This document shows, piece after piece, positions 38,456-52,483 of a stretch of 64,000 nt of DNA (position 1 is its first letter; every line of letters starts with the position of its first letter). The position numbers and the translations under genes were made by a program. Source of the stretch: a virus; IMG/VR virus record IMGVR_UViG_3300021963_000035, positions 32,001 through 96,000 of that record. The stretch is one strand, 5' to 3'. The notes under the pieces were generated by a model. It did no database searches and was not told the DNA's origin. It saw only the letters and a program-made list of their open reading frames with translations.

Positions 38456-38785
38456 ATGGCAACCTTTTTTAAAAATACAGTTATACCTCAGGTAGGAACA
38501 ACACCCACACAGTTAATACAGACTGGGTCTGGTACTAGAGCAACAGTTATTGGTTTAAGTATTTGTAATTTATTAGAAAATGCAGTAACAGTCAGTGTTA
38601 CGTTAACAGACGATACCAGTACAACAGGATATTATGTTAAAAATGCAATTATTTTGCCCGGACAAACTATGCGGGCAATTAACGGTGGTGAAAAATTAAT
38701 TTTGTTTACAAACAATGAACTTAAAGTTACTAGCAGCCAAGCAGCTTCAATTGATGTAATAGTAAGTTATGTTGAGATAACATAA
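38456..38785 (+). CDS. Small beta-sandwich virion protein, related to 34188-34751
   Basis: IGLSICN / VKNAII.PGQT / KLIL...NEL align with TTMVFCN / IKNLTIPAGET / RVVL..GDI. Confidence 0.7.
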   Translation: MATFFKNTVIPQVGTTPTQLIQTGSGTRATVIGLSICNLLENAVTVSVTLTDDTSTTGYYVKNAIILPGQTMRAINGGEKLILFTNNELKVTSSQAASIDVIVSYVEIT

Positions 38786-38795
38786 GGAAAGAGCG

Positions 38796-39161
38796 ATGAG
38801 TAATTCATATTATATCGGTGACGTAGACTTTTATCCGCTGCTAGGCGAGAATAATAGCAGATTCTTCTACGGATTAAGAAGAGATGCCGACGGAACATTG
38901 TACCTAGTAAAGATTGATCAGGTTTTGGGATTAGATCAAATTGCAGTAAATCGCCCGGGTGATCCTGCAGAAGATTATCCAGATTTTGAATTTGGTATCG
39001 ACTTCTTAGAAGGCATCCAAACTAATCACGAAATTACATATGACAATCTAGTGTATCCTCAGTATAAATGGGATCCAAGAAATCTATATTATTATTTGAA
39101 TGCAGAAGGCGAGTTAGTTGTACGTGTGAACCAACCATATACATATCCAAACGATGTGTAA
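38796..39161 (+). CDS. Hypothetical virion protein (121 aa)
   Basis: SD AAGGA; co-oriented within the appendage operon. Confidence 0.7.
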   Translation: MSNSYYIGDVDFYPLLGENNSRFFYGLRRDADGTLYLVKIDQVLGLDQIAVNRPGDPAEDYPDFEFGIDFLEGIQTNHEITYDNLVYPQYKWDPRNLYYYLNAEGELVVRVNQPYTYPNDV

Positions 39162-39201
39162 TAAATATTAAAATAGCTTTTAATAAGCAAAAGGACGAAA
39201 A

Positions 39202-42200
39202 ATGGCAGAGTTTAAACTTGGTAGATTAAGATTTGTATGGAAAGGAGCCTGGAATACTTCTACGGCTTATGTACGTGACGACGTGATTCGTTATGGTGGT
39301 AAGGTTTATGTTTGCGTGGCATTACATACATCTAGCTCAAACGTTGCTGGGGGATTTTACAGCGATCTAAACGACGCAACTCCAAAATGGCAGTTGATGA
39401 ATGACGGTCAAGCCTGGGCTAGCAATTGGGCACAGACAACCTATTATAAGATCAGTGACATTGTTAGATATGGTGGTCGTTCATATATTTGTATATTAGG
39501 ACATACCTCTGCTACAACATCGTTGGGATTAGAAAATGACTCTGCCAAATGGGAACTTCTCAACGATGGTATCGATTACAAAGGATCTTGGGCATCTACT
39601 ACAAGATACAAATATAACGATCTAGTAACCTACGGTGGTCAGTTATACATTTGCACAACTTATCATACATCTGGTGCTAGTTTTGATTTAACTAAGTGGA
39701 CATTATTTGCATCTGGTTTACAATTTGAAGGCGTATATAGTGCAGGAACTACATATCAACCAGGTGACGTTGTTAGCTACGGTTCTAATGCTTATGTAGC
39801 AACACAAACAACAATTGGTAATCTTCCAACGAATGCAACTTATTGGACACCTATCACAACTGGTATTCAATTTAGGGGTGCATACAGCGCAGGAACACCA
39901 TATAAGAAAGGTGACATCGTAAGTTACAGTTCTTATTCTTATGTCGCCAATCAAGATACAACAGGCAATGCGCCCGACAATGCAACTTACTGGGATATTT
40001 TAACTCCTGGTTTTGCATACTTTGGATCTTATGCCGGCGGAACCACTTATCAGAAAGGTGATACTGTAGGTTACGGCGGATTCCGTTATGTTGCCAAATC
40101 AACAACAACAGGTAATCTTCCAACTAATGCAACCTATTGGGACGTGTTTACCAAAGGTTACACATTTATTGGAACATATTCCGGAGCAACAGCTTATAAA
40201 CCAGGCGAACTAGTTGCCTACGGCGGTAATTTTTATGCTGCCAAAGCAGACACAACCGGTAATGATCCATCTAATGCAACCTATTGGGATGTGTTTACCA
40301 AAGGTTACGATTTTAAATCATCATACAGTGGTGCAACAACTTATAAAGTAGGTGATGTTGTTAGCTACGGTCCAAGATTATATCTATGTATTCAGCAAGG
40401 TTCTGGTAATCTACCAACTAACGCTAGTTACTGGTCATTGTTCGTTGACGCTGTAGGCTGGAAAGGTACCTATGCAGACGCCACAGCATATGTGATCGGT
40501 GACATTGTTCGATACGGCGGACGCTCTTATGTTTGTATTTTAGGTCACACATCTAATACAGCAGGAAACATTGAACCGCCAAATGCTACGTATTGGGCAT
40601 TGCTATCATCTGGCATGAGCTGGAAAGGCACATGGTCCAGCGCAACTGAGTATGAATTAGATGACGTTGTTGAATACTCATCAAGTTCTTGGATTTCTAT
40701 CGACAGTGATAACCTTAATCAACAACCAGATACTAGTCCATTAAAATGGAATCTTGTTGCACAAGCAGGTACTTTAAGTGCAGTCTTAACCACACGCGGT
40801 GACATGTACTTTAAGAATCAAGCTGGTGCTATTGCTAGATTACCAATTGGTACCAACGGCCAGATTCTAGTAGCTAGTTCTGCAGGTGACCCTGTTTGGG
40901 AAAATAACAATTATAGTGCTAACGTTTATTATGTTAGCCCGCAAGGCAGCAATTCTAATGATGGAAGAAGTAAAAACAGAGCATTCTTGACAATCGCATA
41001 TGCTTGCACACAAGTAACTGGTCCAGCAACAATTTTTGTTGCGGCAGGTACATACACTGAAGCTTTACCTATTATTATTCCGGCCAGTGTGCATATATGT
41101 GGTGATGGTCAACGTACAACAATTATCCAGCCTCAAGCCGGCGACGAAACAAAAACTATGTTTAGGATGAGCAACGGTAGCCAGCTGTCAAGAGTTACAA
41201 TGACCGGATTAAACGGATTCAGTAAGAGTGGAGTAACTCCTGAAGATATTACAGCAGCTACTTTAGGTGGCGTATTTGTGGCATTAAATTCTGCAAGTCC
41301 TGTTACTACAAAATCTCCATATGTTATGGAATGTGCTGCGATCAGCTCGGGCGGATGCGGGGCTCTTGTAGACGGAAGTTTGCATGCTAGCGGTAATAAA
41401 TCAATGGTATTCCATTCGTACACCAACATACACGATCAGGGTGTTGGCCTTTGGGTATCAAATGGTGCTAGAGTAGAAACTGTATCATTGTTTACATATT
41501 ATTGCGATTTTGGTTATGCAACTACAGCCGGTGGTATTATTCGTTCACTAAACGGTAATAATAGTTACGGATTGTACGGTTCTGTTAGCAGCGGAGTTGA
41601 TGCAGGCGAAACTCCAATAACCGGTACATTATATGGAAATATGTTGACCTGGTCAAACTTAACATTATCTGGCGGCAGTCTGTCAGTTGGTAATGTGTTA
41701 CAAGGTTTGACTTCTGGTACTACTGCAAGAATTTTAAATGTTCAGGAAGCTTCGAACAGAGTAATATACAAGATTATATCTGGAGGTCCTTTTGTAGTAG
41801 GTGAAACTATTAGAGATAATACAACATTGGCAACCGCAACTGTTGCAGCCGGTGGCGTTACTGGACAGAAAGGTTATACTGTTGTGGTTAGCGGATTTAC
41901 TACTCAGCCGCAGGCAGGAGGTAGTTTAACCATTACCGGTGACAGCACCAAGTATGTCATCCAAGCAGTTAGCGAATGGACATTATCTGGAACTGGTTAT
42001 AAGCCAGCAGGTTATGCAGTTCTTTCACTGACTGGAGATAAGACCACTGCTAGCAACGACGGTACAGCAGCGTCGATCAGATATCAATATTCTAAGATTA
42101 GACTAACAGGTCATGATTTCTTGAATATCGGAACTGGCGGAACTGTAACTACCAATTATCCTGGTACTCCAACACAGGCACCTGTACAGGCCAATGAAGT

Positions 42201-42531
42201 TGTTGAAAGAGTAGAAGGTCGTGTTTACTATGTAAGTACTGATCAGGATGGTAATTTTAGAGTAGGGGATTACTTTAAAGTCGATCAAGCAACTGGTAGA
42301 GCAACACTTAATGCCAGCGCATTTGATTTGACTGGTTTAACAGCATTACGTTTGGGTTCCATAGGAGCACAAATCGGAGAATCGATTAACGAATTTAGTT
42401 CAGACGGTACTATGAGCGGAAATTCGAATTTAGCAGTACCGACCGAACAAGCGGTAAAGACTTACGTGGATACACAACTGGCTAACACTTATGGTTTGAT
42501 TGTTGCCCAGGCGGTAGCACTAGGAGCATAA
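39202..42531 (+). CDS. Fibre/spike with ten tandem CBM5/12-like repeats and a pectin-lyase-like beta-helix
   Basis: Ten W/Y-x-G-x-W/Y....Y..GD.V.YGG..Y units, then [14 protein letters not shown]....AF.TI..A and [10 protein letters not shown]. Confidence 0.75.
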   Translation: MAEFKLGRLRFVWKGAWNTSTAYVRDDVIRYGGKVYVCVALHTSSSNVAGGFYSDLNDATPKWQLMNDGQAWASNWAQTTYYKISDIVRYGGRSYICILGHTSATTSLGLENDSAKWELLNDGIDYKGSWASTTRYKYNDLVTYGGQLYICTTYHTSGASFDLTKWTLFASGLQFEGVYSAGTTYQPGDVVSYGSNAYVATQTTIGNLPTNATYWTPITTGIQFRGAYSAGTPYKKGDIVSYSSYSYVANQDTTGNAPDNATYWDILTPGFAYFGSYAGGTTYQKGDTVGYGGFRYVAKSTTTGNLPTNATYWDVFTKGYTFIGTYSGATAYKPGELVAYGGNFYAAKADTTGNDPSNATYWDVFTKGYDFKSSYSGATTYKVGDVVSYGPRLYLCIQQGSGNLPTNASYWSLFVDAVGWKGTYADATAYVIGDIVRYGGRSYVCILGHTSNTAGNIEPPNATYWALLSSGMSWKGTWSSATEYELDDVVEYSSSSWISIDSDNLNQQPDTSPLKWNLVAQAGTLSAVLTTRGDMYFKNQAGAIARLPIGTNGQILVASSAGDPVWENNNYSANVYYVSPQGSNSNDGRSKNRAFLTIAYACTQVTGPATIFVAAGTYTEALPIIIPASVHICGDGQRTTIIQPQAGDETKTMFRMSNGSQLSRVTMTGLNGFSKSGVTPEDITAATLGGVFVALNSASPVTTKSPYVMECAAISSGGCGALVDGSLHASGNKSMVFHSYTNIHDQGVGLWVSNGARVETVSLFTYYCDFGYATTAGGIIRSLNGNNSYGLYGSVSSGVDAGETPITGTLYGNMLTWSNLTLSGGSLSVGNVLQGLTSGTTARILNVQEASNRVIYKIISGGPFVVGETIRDNTTLATATVAAGGVTGQKGYTVVVSGFTTQPQAGGSLTITGDSTKYVIQAVSEWTLSGTGYKPAGYAVLSLTGDKTTASNDGTAASIRYQYSKIRLTGHDFLNIGTGGTVTTNYPGTPTQAPVQANEVVERVEGRVYYVSTDQDGNFRVGDYFKVDQATGRATLNASAFDLTGLTALRLGSIGAQIGESINEFSSDGTMSGNSNLAVPTEQAVKTYVDTQLANTYGLIVAQAVALGA

Positions 42532-42553
42532 ATACACTAAAGGGTGCATTACA

Positions 42554-45500
42554 ATGGCAAAAAGACTTATATTTGATTACACATTTGATCCTGCAAACGA
42601 TAAGATCACAGTTGATGGAAATGTAGCAACACGACGTTTACTACTAATCACAAACGTCACTAGAAACATAGTTCTATTCAATTTCGCAGATACAACTAAA
42701 AAAGTTTTATCTAGAACATATGATAACACATACGAAACAACTTCGTTTGTGATGCAGTATGATTGTGCTGCGATGAGCGCAACTGATGAGATACAGATTT
42801 TCATCGAAGATGAAGCAGCTAAATTTTCACCAGAAGAACCATTACTGGATCCAGTAAACAAGTTCCGTGTATCTCAACCAAATACGTTGATCGATACTGA
42901 CTTTGAATACGGATTACAAGCTTCTAAATGGGAAACACTTGAGCGTGTAAACGAAGTTCCTGCTTTCTATGCAGCCACAGGTGATGTGCCATTGACAATT
43001 ATTTCAGATGTTACAGTCAACGGAACAAGAACAGTTACAGTAACTTGCTCTAGTTCACATGGTCTTGCTACAGGTACTCCGTTAGATGTTAGAGGTCTTG
43101 ATAGTTCAACAGCAGAAGGCACATTTGTTGTTAAAAGAACATCAGATTTAAGTTTTACTTTTGATGCTAAAGCAGTACAAAGAGGTACAGTAAGTGTTCC
43201 AGTAAGTATTTTTACTCCATATGCTAGCATTACTCCAGGCCGTTACTATGTAGGATCTACAATTGCTGCGGATAATACTGTTACTAATTTAAGTGGTCCA
43301 ATGACTACTGATGCACAGGCATCTAGCACAGTAACTATCACAACTCCATATTACCACGGTTTTAAAACTAATGCAACATTCTATCTGGCTAACACCCTAC
43401 CAAGATACACTCAAAGTTTTAACCCAGTAAGTATTACCAACGGTGGAGATGTTGACGATCGTTCAACATTGTTAGGTCAGTTAAGCAGCTTTACAGCAAC
43501 TATTTCTACTACAACATTGACTGTTAACGCATCCCCAACTCCAACTGGTTACATTACTATTGGTCAACGTGTTGTTGGCTCTGGTGTAACAGCTGGTACA
43601 TATATTACAGCACTAGGTACTGGTACAGGTGCTAATGGTACTTACACAATTTCAGTGTCTCAGACTGTTGGTTCTGCAACAGCAATGACTGGACAAGGTT
43701 TAGGAACTGGTGAAATTAAAGTCCTAGAACCATTCCACGAAGGTGTTATACGCAGAGATATTATCGCCACAAACATATCAATCGTTACTCACTATATCAC
43801 TATTCCAAATCACGGATTAGCCACAGGTGACATGATAGCATATGTAGGAGCTGCTTCTACTGGCTCTATTCCACAGATCGCAGCACTAGGCACTGGACGA
43901 TTTACTCTTTCATCTGGTCAAATTCCTACCTGGTCAACTTCTAACAGCGGTATGTTATATGCTGTAGTGATTGATCAAAATAACATAAGAGTGGCAAGTA
44001 ATGCCAAAGATGCATATGACGGCACTAACCTAATTCAATTTACAGGTACTGGTTCTCTAACACAGACTTTTGCACTATTCAAGAGAGGTAGTGATCTTAC
44101 TCCTGTAATTTCTAGCATAGCAGCAACTAGCGGTCAGTCTACCTATACATTTACACTAGCTTCTGGAACTAACGAAAGCAATAAGATCTTTCCTAAGAGA
44201 CAGATCACTATCGCTAACTCAATCAGTAATCTAAGTGGTGTGTTCGTAGTTCAGAGCACAAACTGGACTGCTACTGGCACTACATTCGTAGCAGCCGGTC
44301 CTACAAACAGTTCTGGTGTGTTGATTAACTCTGGTGTATCACAGACTTATACATTAGCCACAGCAAATACAGCAAACACCGCAGCCAATGGAACAACCAG
44401 TTTCTTACGTTATGATCCATTAGTAACACCTAGTTCATTTACAGCATCTATCTCAACAACTACGATGAGCGTTAGTGCTATCACTAGTGGAGCAATTACA
44501 GTTGGTGAGACTATCCAAGGACCTGGCGTTTCTGCTGGAACTACCGTTACCGCACAATTAACTGCAACAAACGCTGCCGCAGCTACACCAACTGCTACAG
44601 GTACTGTATCAACAAATACTATTGTTGTATCTAGTGCTACTGGTATCGCAGTAGGACAGTTTGTAACCAGCGCAAGTGGTGTTCCGAGCAACACATTTGT
44701 CACAGCTATTAGCGGAACAACTGTTACACTAAGCAATAATTTAACAGCCGGTATTACTAGCCAAACAGTAAACTTCTATACAGCAGGGCAAACTGGTACA
44801 TACACTGTGAGTGTAAGCCAAACAGTTAGCCCAGCAGTTGCAATGACTGATGCGAGATTCAGGATTTACCTACACGATCAACAATGGATCAACCACTTGC
44901 GTCTAAGTCACCATGACTGGTACAGTATTAGTGCTATGACTTTCACTAGACAAAACGTTCTAAGTGACAGTATCTACATTAAGAATCACGGTCTAAGTAC
45001 AGCTGAACCGTTAATCTTTATCGGCGGCGGTAACACTTGGACATCAGGTGTTACACCTCCAAGTGATGGAGCAATTTATTTTGCATCTGTAACTAACGCA
45101 GATGAAATCCAACTAAGAACAACACAGACGATTTCTGGTACAGGACCTTATGGTTCGGCTGTAGGTGCTACTGCTGTTAACTTTAACACAGCTAACACAT
45201 TAGTTGGTGGTATCTATCATTTACACCCTGGTTTCTCTGTAAGCAACTTTACAGCACAAGGTGCAACAGGTGGTGCTGGTAATGGTCGTGACAGAGCGAT
45301 TGCTACCTTCCAAACAGCTCCTGGTTACTTAACAGAAGGATGCCCGGTAATTTTAACTCAAGGTACTGGTTCAACATTACCTACGCCGTTGACAAACACT
45401 CCTAACACTTATGCTTCTTATCAAAAGTATTATGTTAGAACTATTATGTTAGGTAATACAGGAACTCCAGTATTTGAATTCTCACTAGCATTAACGCCAA

Positions 45501-48500
45501 GTGGTACACCGGTTAACTTTACCGGTGCAACTACAGCTGGAGCTGGTATTTTCTTTGTCACAAGAATTGAAGAAAACTTATATTCTAACAGCTTCTGGTT
45601 ACTCAATCACGGTGGCACATCAACTAACCAAGCAGTGGGCGGAACTGGACAACAAGGCGGATATCCAACTGCATTAGACTATCCTGGTCCGTTATTTGAC
45701 TTTATCAGTGACGTTAACAACGTTCGTTATACTCGTGCTAAGATGCAGTTAACAGCACCTACCGCTGCTACAGGATTGACCAGTGGTAACACATATTACT
45801 GCGTTCCTGTAAACAATAATTGCTTTAAAGTGCAAGATTATGCAGCTACACAGTTACCAACAGGTAATAACACAGTTCAAATTACTGCAATTACCAGCAC
45901 AACGACCAGCCATGCATTTACCAGCAGATTAATTCAAAACATTACTGCAAACAGAATTATTGTTCCGTTTGAAAGTCAAAACCTGATCGAGAATGCTATT
46001 GTTCGTTATGAAAATCGAGGAACCAGTGATATTGTAGCTTACAACTTTACTGGTGTTATTCCTGGTTTGATCAACAATCAGCAGTATCTAATAAGAAATG
46101 CTAACAACGTTTATTATAATGTAGTTGGCCGTGTTGATGGCAATTATACTGCTGCTGCTACTTCTATTTTAGTGACTAGTACATCAGGTCTAGCCACAGG
46201 AGCAACAATTAGAATTGGTTCGGAAGACATGACCATTACTAATATTGCGTCTTTAACATTAACTGTTACAAGAGCAGTAAATGGAACAACCTCAGCGATT
46301 ATTTCAGATGGTGCTGTAATTAAACGTCGTTACGGTCACTTCCAATTGTATACGACCACACAGTTTGTACCTCGTTTAGTTAACGGTGGTGCAGCTGATA
46401 CTACTAGAAAGACTATTCTATTGGCCAACCACGGTTTGAAACCAGGCGAAACAATGGTTTTTGTTTCAACAACAACTGGTGCAGTTACAACTGGTGCAGG
46501 TACTATTACCCTAGCAGCAGGCGATCTGTACTATGCTATTGTTGAAGACGAAAACAACTTTGGTGTGGCGATTACAGAAGCATTGGCATATGCCAGCTTC
46601 CCAATCAACATCACTACGGCAGGTACTGCGTGGGTATTCCTACAATACTATGCAGCAGCACCGTTGACTGGTTTAGCCAGCTCTGCTGTACAGCACAGAT
46701 TAGTTGATTGTTCAGCTACAGGAGCATTCGACGGTGGGTATACAGCATCGGCTGTAACTAACACAACGATCCAATTGCCAACAGGTCTAAGTGTTCCGCA
46801 ACGTGTATTAACATTTGATCCTAACTTTGTTCTAAATCAACAAAACGGTGAATTCTATATTCAAAACCACGGATTTCAAACAGGAACAGCAGTCACTTAT
46901 AGCAAAGGTTCATTAACATTTGCAATCGGCGAAGGATCAGGACAACCGTATACAGGTTATATCTCATTAACCAACAATACAACATATTATGTTGTTCGTA
47001 GAAGCTTAAACGCTTTCTGTTTAGCAACTACCAAGGCCAATGCTATCGCAGGTACCGTATTGAAGGGATTTAGTGGTCCTGGTTCTGCTCCAACTGGTGG
47101 TGTAGGTCATACATTTACTACTAGCCAGATGTGGGGTGAATCACTTGCTCCAGGTCTAGCAACTATCGTTGCACGTGACTTGACATTTAACGGGTCTAGC
47201 TCAACTGTTATTCAGGCTTCAACTGATCGTGTTGTAGTTAATAATCACGGTTTGGTAACTGGCGACCGTGTCATTTATCAGGTTTGGGCCAACGGCGGTC
47301 AGGTAAACGGTTTAGTAAACGGAAGAACATATTTCGTTTCTAACACAGTGTTTACCGGCGCAACAGCTGGTGGTGCTGCATCAGGACAAACAGCTAACCA
47401 GTTCTCATTACACAACACATGGGTAGGTGCTTATACCAATACAGACCGTGTTGACATCTTAGGTGTTGGTCGTGGTTCTGTGCATACATTAAAAGTATCT
47501 AACCCAACATTAGTTGGTAATTCATATAGAGGTGAATGGAACTCGGCAGACGGTTACAGATTCGGTGATATCGTACTGTTTAGAAATGCCTACTATATGT
47601 CATTAACTGGTATTACTGGTAACCTAAATTCAGGTAACCAGCCAGTGGTAACTGCAACCGGTTTGTATTCAACAGATTGGCAACCAGTACTGAATTTGCC
47701 TGCTTATCAGACCAAGTTCTTAACAACTTATCGTTCTGGTGACACTATCAAGTTATCAAATACAGCATTGCGTAGAACATTACCGTTCGATGCTAGCACA
47801 GCGGTTAGTGCCGCAGATAACACCATTACTATCACTAACCACAGATTAAACACTGGTGATTGTGTAATATATCGTGTAGACGGATTCGGTACTAACTTTG
47901 CAGGAACTGGTGCTAACCATTACTACTCAGGTAGCACAGGTAACAGTCTAGCAGCGGTTCCAGTTCCCGGATTGAATCCAAACCAGGTTTACTATGTAAA
48001 CGTAGGTGATGCTAACGTATTCACATTGTTTAACAGTTATGCAGAATGTATTCGAGGCGGTTCTGGTGATAGCGGTAACTTTGCTTACGCTGTAAACATT
48101 ACTGGTACAGGTACAGGTACTCAACATAAATTTGAGATCTTAGAAAATAGTACATTGGAATTGCAGGTTATTTCTGTAACTAGCGATACCGAAATGTTAG
48201 TTTCCGATCCATATACTGCTAAGGCTGTTACATTTAACCCGGCAGAAACTACAACAACTGTAGCTGGTTTAACATATCAGGTTGTTAACTTGGCCAACGA
48301 TGAAATCTTGATTCCAAATCACGGTTTTCTAACAGGTACAAAAGTAGTTTATACATTTGGACCTATTGGTTCAGGTTCTGCAATCGGTGGTTTAACAGAT
48401 GGTACTGCTTATTATGTAATCAAAGTTAACGATGATTTAATTAAATTAGCAACCACCGATCAAAACTCAGTTGCAGGTATTCCTCAAGACTTAACCACTA

Positions 48501-51226
48501 TTGGTTCTGGTGTGACACACTACTTGATCGCTACTACGATCTGTTCTAGCTCATTGGTTAGATTTGCAAGTGCAGGTACAGTTTCTAACAACAGTATATC
48601 AACAAGAAACTTCTATACCAGCCAGGTAGATGGAAACATCCGTAACGGTGTTTTAACTGGATTGCCAATTGTTCAAGAAACACAATTGTTACCACGCCCA
48701 GACTGCCAGAACGTACACAGACCGTTTGACGGCGGTGTTGAAATCAACGCTAGCAAGAGTCCAAACGTAAGTATCGTCCGTCAGACACGTAAGTATTTCC
48801 GTTATCAATCTGGTAAGGGCTTACAATGGTCAACTGGTTTGAACTTCAGCCCTAGCATTGACGTTAGCCGTATCACACACGATGGCACTACATTTGCCAC
48901 AGTTGTGACACGTCGTCCGCATCAACTATCAGTAGGATCAAAGATACAACTTGATCAGGTTGGCGCACAGAGCGAATACGAAGCAGTAAAATGCGAACGT
49001 GATTTAGGCTATTTCATTGACGGTGTTGGATACGACATTACCTTAGGTACAAATTATAATGCTGTATTCTTAGGTCTAGCTGATTACAACAGCCAAGAAA
49101 TTACTAATCCAGTTATTACTAACATCCAGAAAACTGGTGCTTATCTGTCTGCTTATACTATCGCAGATTCTACAGCTATTACTAGAAACAATGCTTTCTG
49201 GGCAGAAGTTGTAGACATCTTAAACAATGGTAGATCGGCTGCTGATACTGTAACATATACCAATCCAGGTACTGCTACAACATCACAGATTGCTGCTAAA
49301 GATAAGATAGTAGCTAACAGAACATTTATCACAGCAGAAATCAATGCTTGGGTAGCATTAACATACCCAGCATACGATCATGATGTTGCTAAGTGTACAC
49401 GTGACGTTAACTATGTTATCAATGCATATGCATATGATATTCTATATGGCGGAAACAGTGCTAGCTACGATGTCAGCAAATTCTTTAACTACTACTTCAC
49501 AGATGGTAGAACAGGAACTAGTTCAGATCACAGAGCACAAACTGTAGCAGCCTATAATAGACTAAAAACTATCCTTGGTCAAATCGTTCAAGGTATTGCA
49601 ATTACTAAGACTACTACAGGTTCTATGCCTAACACTGAATCACAAGTGACATCGGGCAACAATGCTACATCTGGTGATGCTGCTATAGTACAAGGTTTCG
49701 TAGATATTACTATCAGCCAAGTAAATGCAGTTTCACAGACCGCAGCTAACGTAGCACTAGCAGCCTTTACTAGAACTGCACCTAGCGTAACCTGGGCAGC
49801 AGCTGGTTTACAAACTGCTAAGACAGCTATCGATGCTGCCAAGACATCATTGATTGCTAACGTTGTTAGAGGAACTCCTTATACAGTACCAGACAACTCA
49901 AGTCCATTCTTTGTAGTGGCTAGTGTTGTAGATGACTTTACTATCACATATAGAACAAATGGTATTCCTGCAAATACAACACCGTACGGGTTCCCAAGAA
50001 TGTTTGTGTACACCTGGAACGATGCTAAAGTACGTGCAGGTGTATTTGACGATCAAAACGGTATGTTCTATGAATATGATGGTAAAGTGTTATACTGTGT
50101 CAAGAGATTCAGTACACAACAGTTGGGTGGTACATTATCAGTAGTGAAAGGTAGTAACACTGTTACAGGTGTTGACACTAACTTCACTGGTCAATTGACA
50201 CCTGGTAGCTTTATTGTTATCAGAGGTATGAGCTACAAGGTAACCCGTGTAGCCAGCAACACCAGTATTGATATTACTCCTGCTTACAGAGGATCAACAA
50301 AGGCTAGAGTACAAGCAACTAAAACCATTGATGAGAAATACGCTCAATATGAATGGAGTGTTGACAAGTGTGATGGAACAGGACGTCATGGATTTAATCT
50401 AGACATCCACAAGATGCAGATGGCCTACATCGACTTTAGCTGGTACGGTGCTGGTAAGATCCGTTTTGGATTTAAAGGCATCGACGGTCACGTGATTTAT
50501 GTACACGAGATCATCAACAATAACCATCAAACTGAAGCTTATCTACGTTCTGGTAACATACCAGCACGTTATGAGATCAGAAACGGTGATGCCCCAACTT
50601 ATGCACCAAGCTTGTATCACTGGGGTGCTTCGATGATCATGGACGGTGTGTTCGAAGACGACAAAGCTTACTTGTTCTCAGTAGCTTCTGGTTCAGGCGG
50701 CTCAGACACTATTAGTATTCCAACTAGCCGTGTAGGAACACCTTGTCCTGTATTGAGTCTACGTCTAGCACCTAGCGTTGACACAAACTTAGTAGGAGCA
50801 CTAGGAGAAAGAGATCTTATTAACCGAATGATTCTAGTGTTACAACAGGTTGGTATCGTTATTACATACGCAACAGCTGGTAAGACAACACCTGCTTCTA
50901 TTAGACTTGTTCTAAACGGTAGCTTGTCACAACAAGCATACTTCTCGTCCTACGGTGCTCCATCGTTGACACAGATCATTAAACATACTGGTCAAGTTAA
51001 CGATACTATCACAGGCGGATTGACGATTTATGAATTCCGTTGTACAGGTAACAACAGTACTGCACAAGATTTGAGCTCTCTAGCAGAATTGGGTAACAGT
51101 ATTACAGGTGGCGATTATGTATATCCAAACGGACCAGACATTATTACAATGTGCGTGGTTCCGACAGAAACTACAGATCCAACACTGGTTACTGCACGTA
51201 TTACCTGGACAGAATCTCAGGCTTAA
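42554..51226 (+). CDS. Giant virion structural/fibre protein (2890 aa)
   Basis: Thr/Gly-rich with repeated NHG..TG..V.Y domains; paralogous to 52484-57976. Confidence 0.75.
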   Translation: MAKRLIFDYTFDPANDKITVDGNVATRRLLLITNVTRNIVLFNFADTTKKVLSRTYDNTYETTSFVMQYDCAAMSATDEIQIFIEDEAAKFSPEEPLLDPVNKFRVSQPNTLIDTDFEYGLQASKWETLERVNEVPAFYAATGDVPLTIISDVTVNGTRTVTVTCSSSHGLATGTPLDVRGLDSSTAEGTFVVKRTSDLSFTFDAKAVQRGTVSVPVSIFTPYASITPGRYYVGSTIAADNTVTNLSGPMTTDAQASSTVTITTPYYHGFKTNATFYLANTLPRYTQSFNPVSITNGGDVDDRSTLLGQLSSFTATISTTTLTVNASPTPTGYITIGQRVVGSGVTAGTYITALGTGTGANGTYTISVSQTVGSATAMTGQGLGTGEIKVLEPFHEGVIRRDIIATNISIVTHYITIPNHGLATGDMIAYVGAASTGSIPQIAALGTGRFTLSSGQIPTWSTSNSGMLYAVVIDQNNIRVASNAKDAYDGTNLIQFTGTGSLTQTFALFKRGSDLTPVISSIAATSGQSTYTFTLASGTNESNKIFPKRQITIANSISNLSGVFVVQSTNWTATGTTFVAAGPTNSSGVLINSGVSQTYTLATANTANTAANGTTSFLRYDPLVTPSSFTASISTTTMSVSAITSGAITVGETIQGPGVSAGTTVTAQLTATNAAAATPTATGTVSTNTIVVSSATGIAVGQFVTSASGVPSNTFVTAISGTTVTLSNNLTAGITSQTVNFYTAGQTGTYTVSVSQTVSPAVAMTDARFRIYLHDQQWINHLRLSHHDWYSISAMTFTRQNVLSDSIYIKNHGLSTAEPLIFIGGGNTWTSGVTPPSDGAIYFASVTNADEIQLRTTQTISGTGPYGSAVGATAVNFNTANTLVGGIYHLHPGFSVSNFTAQGATGGAGNGRDRAIATFQTAPGYLTEGCPVILTQGTGSTLPTPLTNTPNTYASYQKYYVRTIMLGNTGTPVFEFSLALTPSGTPVNFTGATTAGAGIFFVTRIEENLYSNSFWLLNHGGTSTNQAVGGTGQQGGYPTALDYPGPLFDFISDVNNVRYTRAKMQLTAPTAATGLTSGNTYYCVPVNNNCFKVQDYAATQLPTGNNTVQITAITSTTTSHAFTSRLIQNITANRIIVPFESQNLIENAIVRYENRGTSDIVAYNFTGVIPGLINNQQYLIRNANNVYYNVVGRVDGNYTAAATSILVTSTSGLATGATIRIGSEDMTITNIASLTLTVTRAVNGTTSAIISDGAVIKRRYGHFQLYTTTQFVPRLVNGGAADTTRKTILLANHGLKPGETMVFVSTTTGAVTTGAGTITLAAGDLYYAIVEDENNFGVAITEALAYASFPINITTAGTAWVFLQYYAAAPLTGLASSAVQHRLVDCSATGAFDGGYTASAVTNTTIQLPTGLSVPQRVLTFDPNFVLNQQNGEFYIQNHGFQTGTAVTYSKGSLTFAIGEGSGQPYTGYISLTNNTTYYVVRRSLNAFCLATTKANAIAGTVLKGFSGPGSAPTGGVGHTFTTSQMWGESLAPGLATIVARDLTFNGSSSTVIQASTDRVVVNNHGLVTGDRVIYQVWANGGQVNGLVNGRTYFVSNTVFTGATAGGAASGQTANQFSLHNTWVGAYTNTDRVDILGVGRGSVHTLKVSNPTLVGNSYRGEWNSADGYRFGDIVLFRNAYYMSLTGITGNLNSGNQPVVTATGLYSTDWQPVLNLPAYQTKFLTTYRSGDTIKLSNTALRRTLPFDASTAVSAADNTITITNHRLNTGDCVIYRVDGFGTNFAGTGANHYYSGSTGNSLAAVPVPGLNPNQVYYVNVGDANVFTLFNSYAECIRGGSGDSGNFAYAVNITGTGTGTQHKFEILENSTLELQVISVTSDTEMLVSDPYTAKAVTFNPAETTTTVAGLTYQVVNLANDEILIPNHGFLTGTKVVYTFGPIGSGSAIGGLTDGTAYYVIKVNDDLIKLATTDQNSVAGIPQDLTTIGSGVTHYLIATTICSSSLVRFASAGTVSNNSISTRNFYTSQVDGNIRNGVLTGLPIVQETQLLPRPDCQNVHRPFDGGVEINASKSPNVSIVRQTRKYFRYQSGKGLQWSTGLNFSPSIDVSRITHDGTTFATVVTRRPHQLSVGSKIQLDQVGAQSEYEAVKCERDLGYFIDGVGYDITLGTNYNAVFLGLADYNSQEITNPVITNIQKTGAYLSAYTIADSTAITRNNAFWAEVVDILNNGRSAADTVTYTNPGTATTSQIAAKDKIVANRTFITAEINAWVALTYPAYDHDVAKCTRDVNYVINAYAYDILYGGNSASYDVSKFFNYYFTDGRTGTSSDHRAQTVAAYNRLKTILGQIVQGIAITKTTTGSMPNTESQVTSGNNATSGDAAIVQGFVDITISQVNAVSQTAANVALAAFTRTAPSVTWAAAGLQTAKTAIDAAKTSLIANVVRGTPYTVPDNSSPFFVVASVVDDFTITYRTNGIPANTTPYGFPRMFVYTWNDAKVRAGVFDDQNGMFYEYDGKVLYCVKRFSTQQLGGTLSVVKGSNTVTGVDTNFTGQLTPGSFIVIRGMSYKVTRVASNTSIDITPAYRGSTKARVQATKTIDEKYAQYEWSVDKCDGTGRHGFNLDIHKMQMAYIDFSWYGAGKIRFGFKGIDGHVIYVHEIINNNHQTEAYLRSGNIPARYEIRNGDAPTYAPSLYHWGASMIMDGVFEDDKAYLFSVASGSGGSDTISIPTSRVGTPCPVLSLRLAPSVDTNLVGALGERDLINRMILVLQQVGIVITYATAGKTTPASIRLVLNGSLSQQAYFSSYGAPSLTQIIKHTGQVNDTITGGLTIYEFRCTGNNSTAQDLSSLAELGNSITGGDYVYPNGPDIITMCVVPTETTDPTLVTARITWTESQA

Positions 51227-51240
51227 TCCGAAAGGCACCA

Positions 51241-51271
51241 AAAACCCCACTACACGGTGGGGTTTTTTTTT
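51241..51271 (+). terminator. Rho-independent terminator
   Basis: AAAACCCCAC-TACACG-GTGGGGTTTT followed by a T tract. Confidence 0.9.
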
Positions 51272-51311
51272 GAATTAGAAACTGCTAAATATTAGATAGG
51301 ACTATAATAAA

Positions 51312-52472
51312 ATGGCCGGAAAAGACATTGTTGCAACCAGATTGCGTTTATCAGAACCTGCTTCTAAATTAATTAGGCAGGGATCTAGAGGTGAAGTAAC
51401 TTACGATTTTGAGTTTAACACTCTGCGACTTTATAATCAGGATCAACCGGGCGGATATACTCTGCTAAGATCTGATCTAAGCAATTTACCTACAAATATT
51501 ACATTAGGAACAGTTAATGTTACTGGCAACATTTCTGCTAACGTGGTTATTCCACAAGGCGGACAATTAACTGTTAATAATGCTAGCGGAGTGGCAGGTA
51601 CTATTAACGATACTCCACTTTCTTTTGAGATTAAATCCACAACTAATGTAACCAGAGTGGCTGTAAGAAATTCAGCTAATACAGCTAAAGTGTATGTTTA
51701 CGAAAACGGAACACTGAGTTTAGAATCTAACAGCTCAACATCAATTACTGCTAATGGTATTAATTTAACATCGAGTGGTGCTCTTACATTAACTGCACCA
51801 GAAAAAATCGTCGTGCAAGGTGTTAGTATAGAAGGAACAGAATTAAACACAACAGATTCTAGCGAACTTAGAGTTTTATCCGAAATGCATCATTTTGGTA
51901 AAGTTCGCTTTGAAGATGAATTGATCATTCATAACACAATAGTACCTCAGTTATCTAATATTAACATTGGTACAACCTTAAAAAGATTTAACAATTTGTA
52001 TCTAGGATCTACAGGATCCGTACAAATTGGATCACTGACACTAACTCGTGAATCGGGTACAGGTCAATTAGTTTCATCAGATGGATTCCATGCAGCTGAT
52101 ACCAGCGATTTAAGACATTTAAATTTAAGCGGTGTCTTTAACATTCGCGAAGATAACTATGACGGCAGTACATTCCCGGCACAGGTAACTATTACAACAT
52201 CAAGTAGTGCATATACTGGTGGCGCAGGTCAAACTGTGTATTCTAACAACGCCACACCAGTGAGCGGAGTAAAATACGGTATAGTACCAGATACTAACAA
52301 AGGATATACTTTAGGTAACCCTAATCGTCTTTGGGATAAATTATATTCTAGACAGATTAATTTTGATGACGGCACAACAATGACTACAGCACCAGAAACT
52401 AACCCACTGGTAGCTACCAAAGTATATTCAACAAGGAAAAGCCTAGCACTCAGCATTGCGTTGGGTAGTTAA
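51312..52472 (+). CDS. Putative fibre/adaptor protein (386 aa)
   Basis: Own TAAATA promoter and SD; Y.LG....W..LY fibre motifs; ends ALSIALGS. Confidence 0.65.
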   Translation: MAGKDIVATRLRLSEPASKLIRQGSRGEVTYDFEFNTLRLYNQDQPGGYTLLRSDLSNLPTNITLGTVNVTGNISANVVIPQGGQLTVNNASGVAGTINDTPLSFEIKSTTNVTRVAVRNSANTAKVYVYENGTLSLESNSSTSITANGINLTSSGALTLTAPEKIVVQGVSIEGTELNTTDSSELRVLSEMHHFGKVRFEDELIIHNTIVPQLSNINIGTTLKRFNNLYLGSTGSVQIGSLTLTRESGTGQLVSSDGFHAADTSDLRHLNLSGVFNIREDNYDGSTFPAQVTITTSSSAYTGGAGQTVYSNNATPVSGVKYGIVPDTNKGYTLGNPNRLWDKLYSRQINFDDGTTMTTAPETNPLVATKVYSTRKSLALSIALGS

Positions 52473-52483
52473 TGGAGAAATAA

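Noticed and set aside
39202-40760. Diversity-generating retroelement TR/VR pair
   Set aside because: The repeats are in-frame protein repeats, differences are not adenine-specific, and no reverse transcriptase is present.
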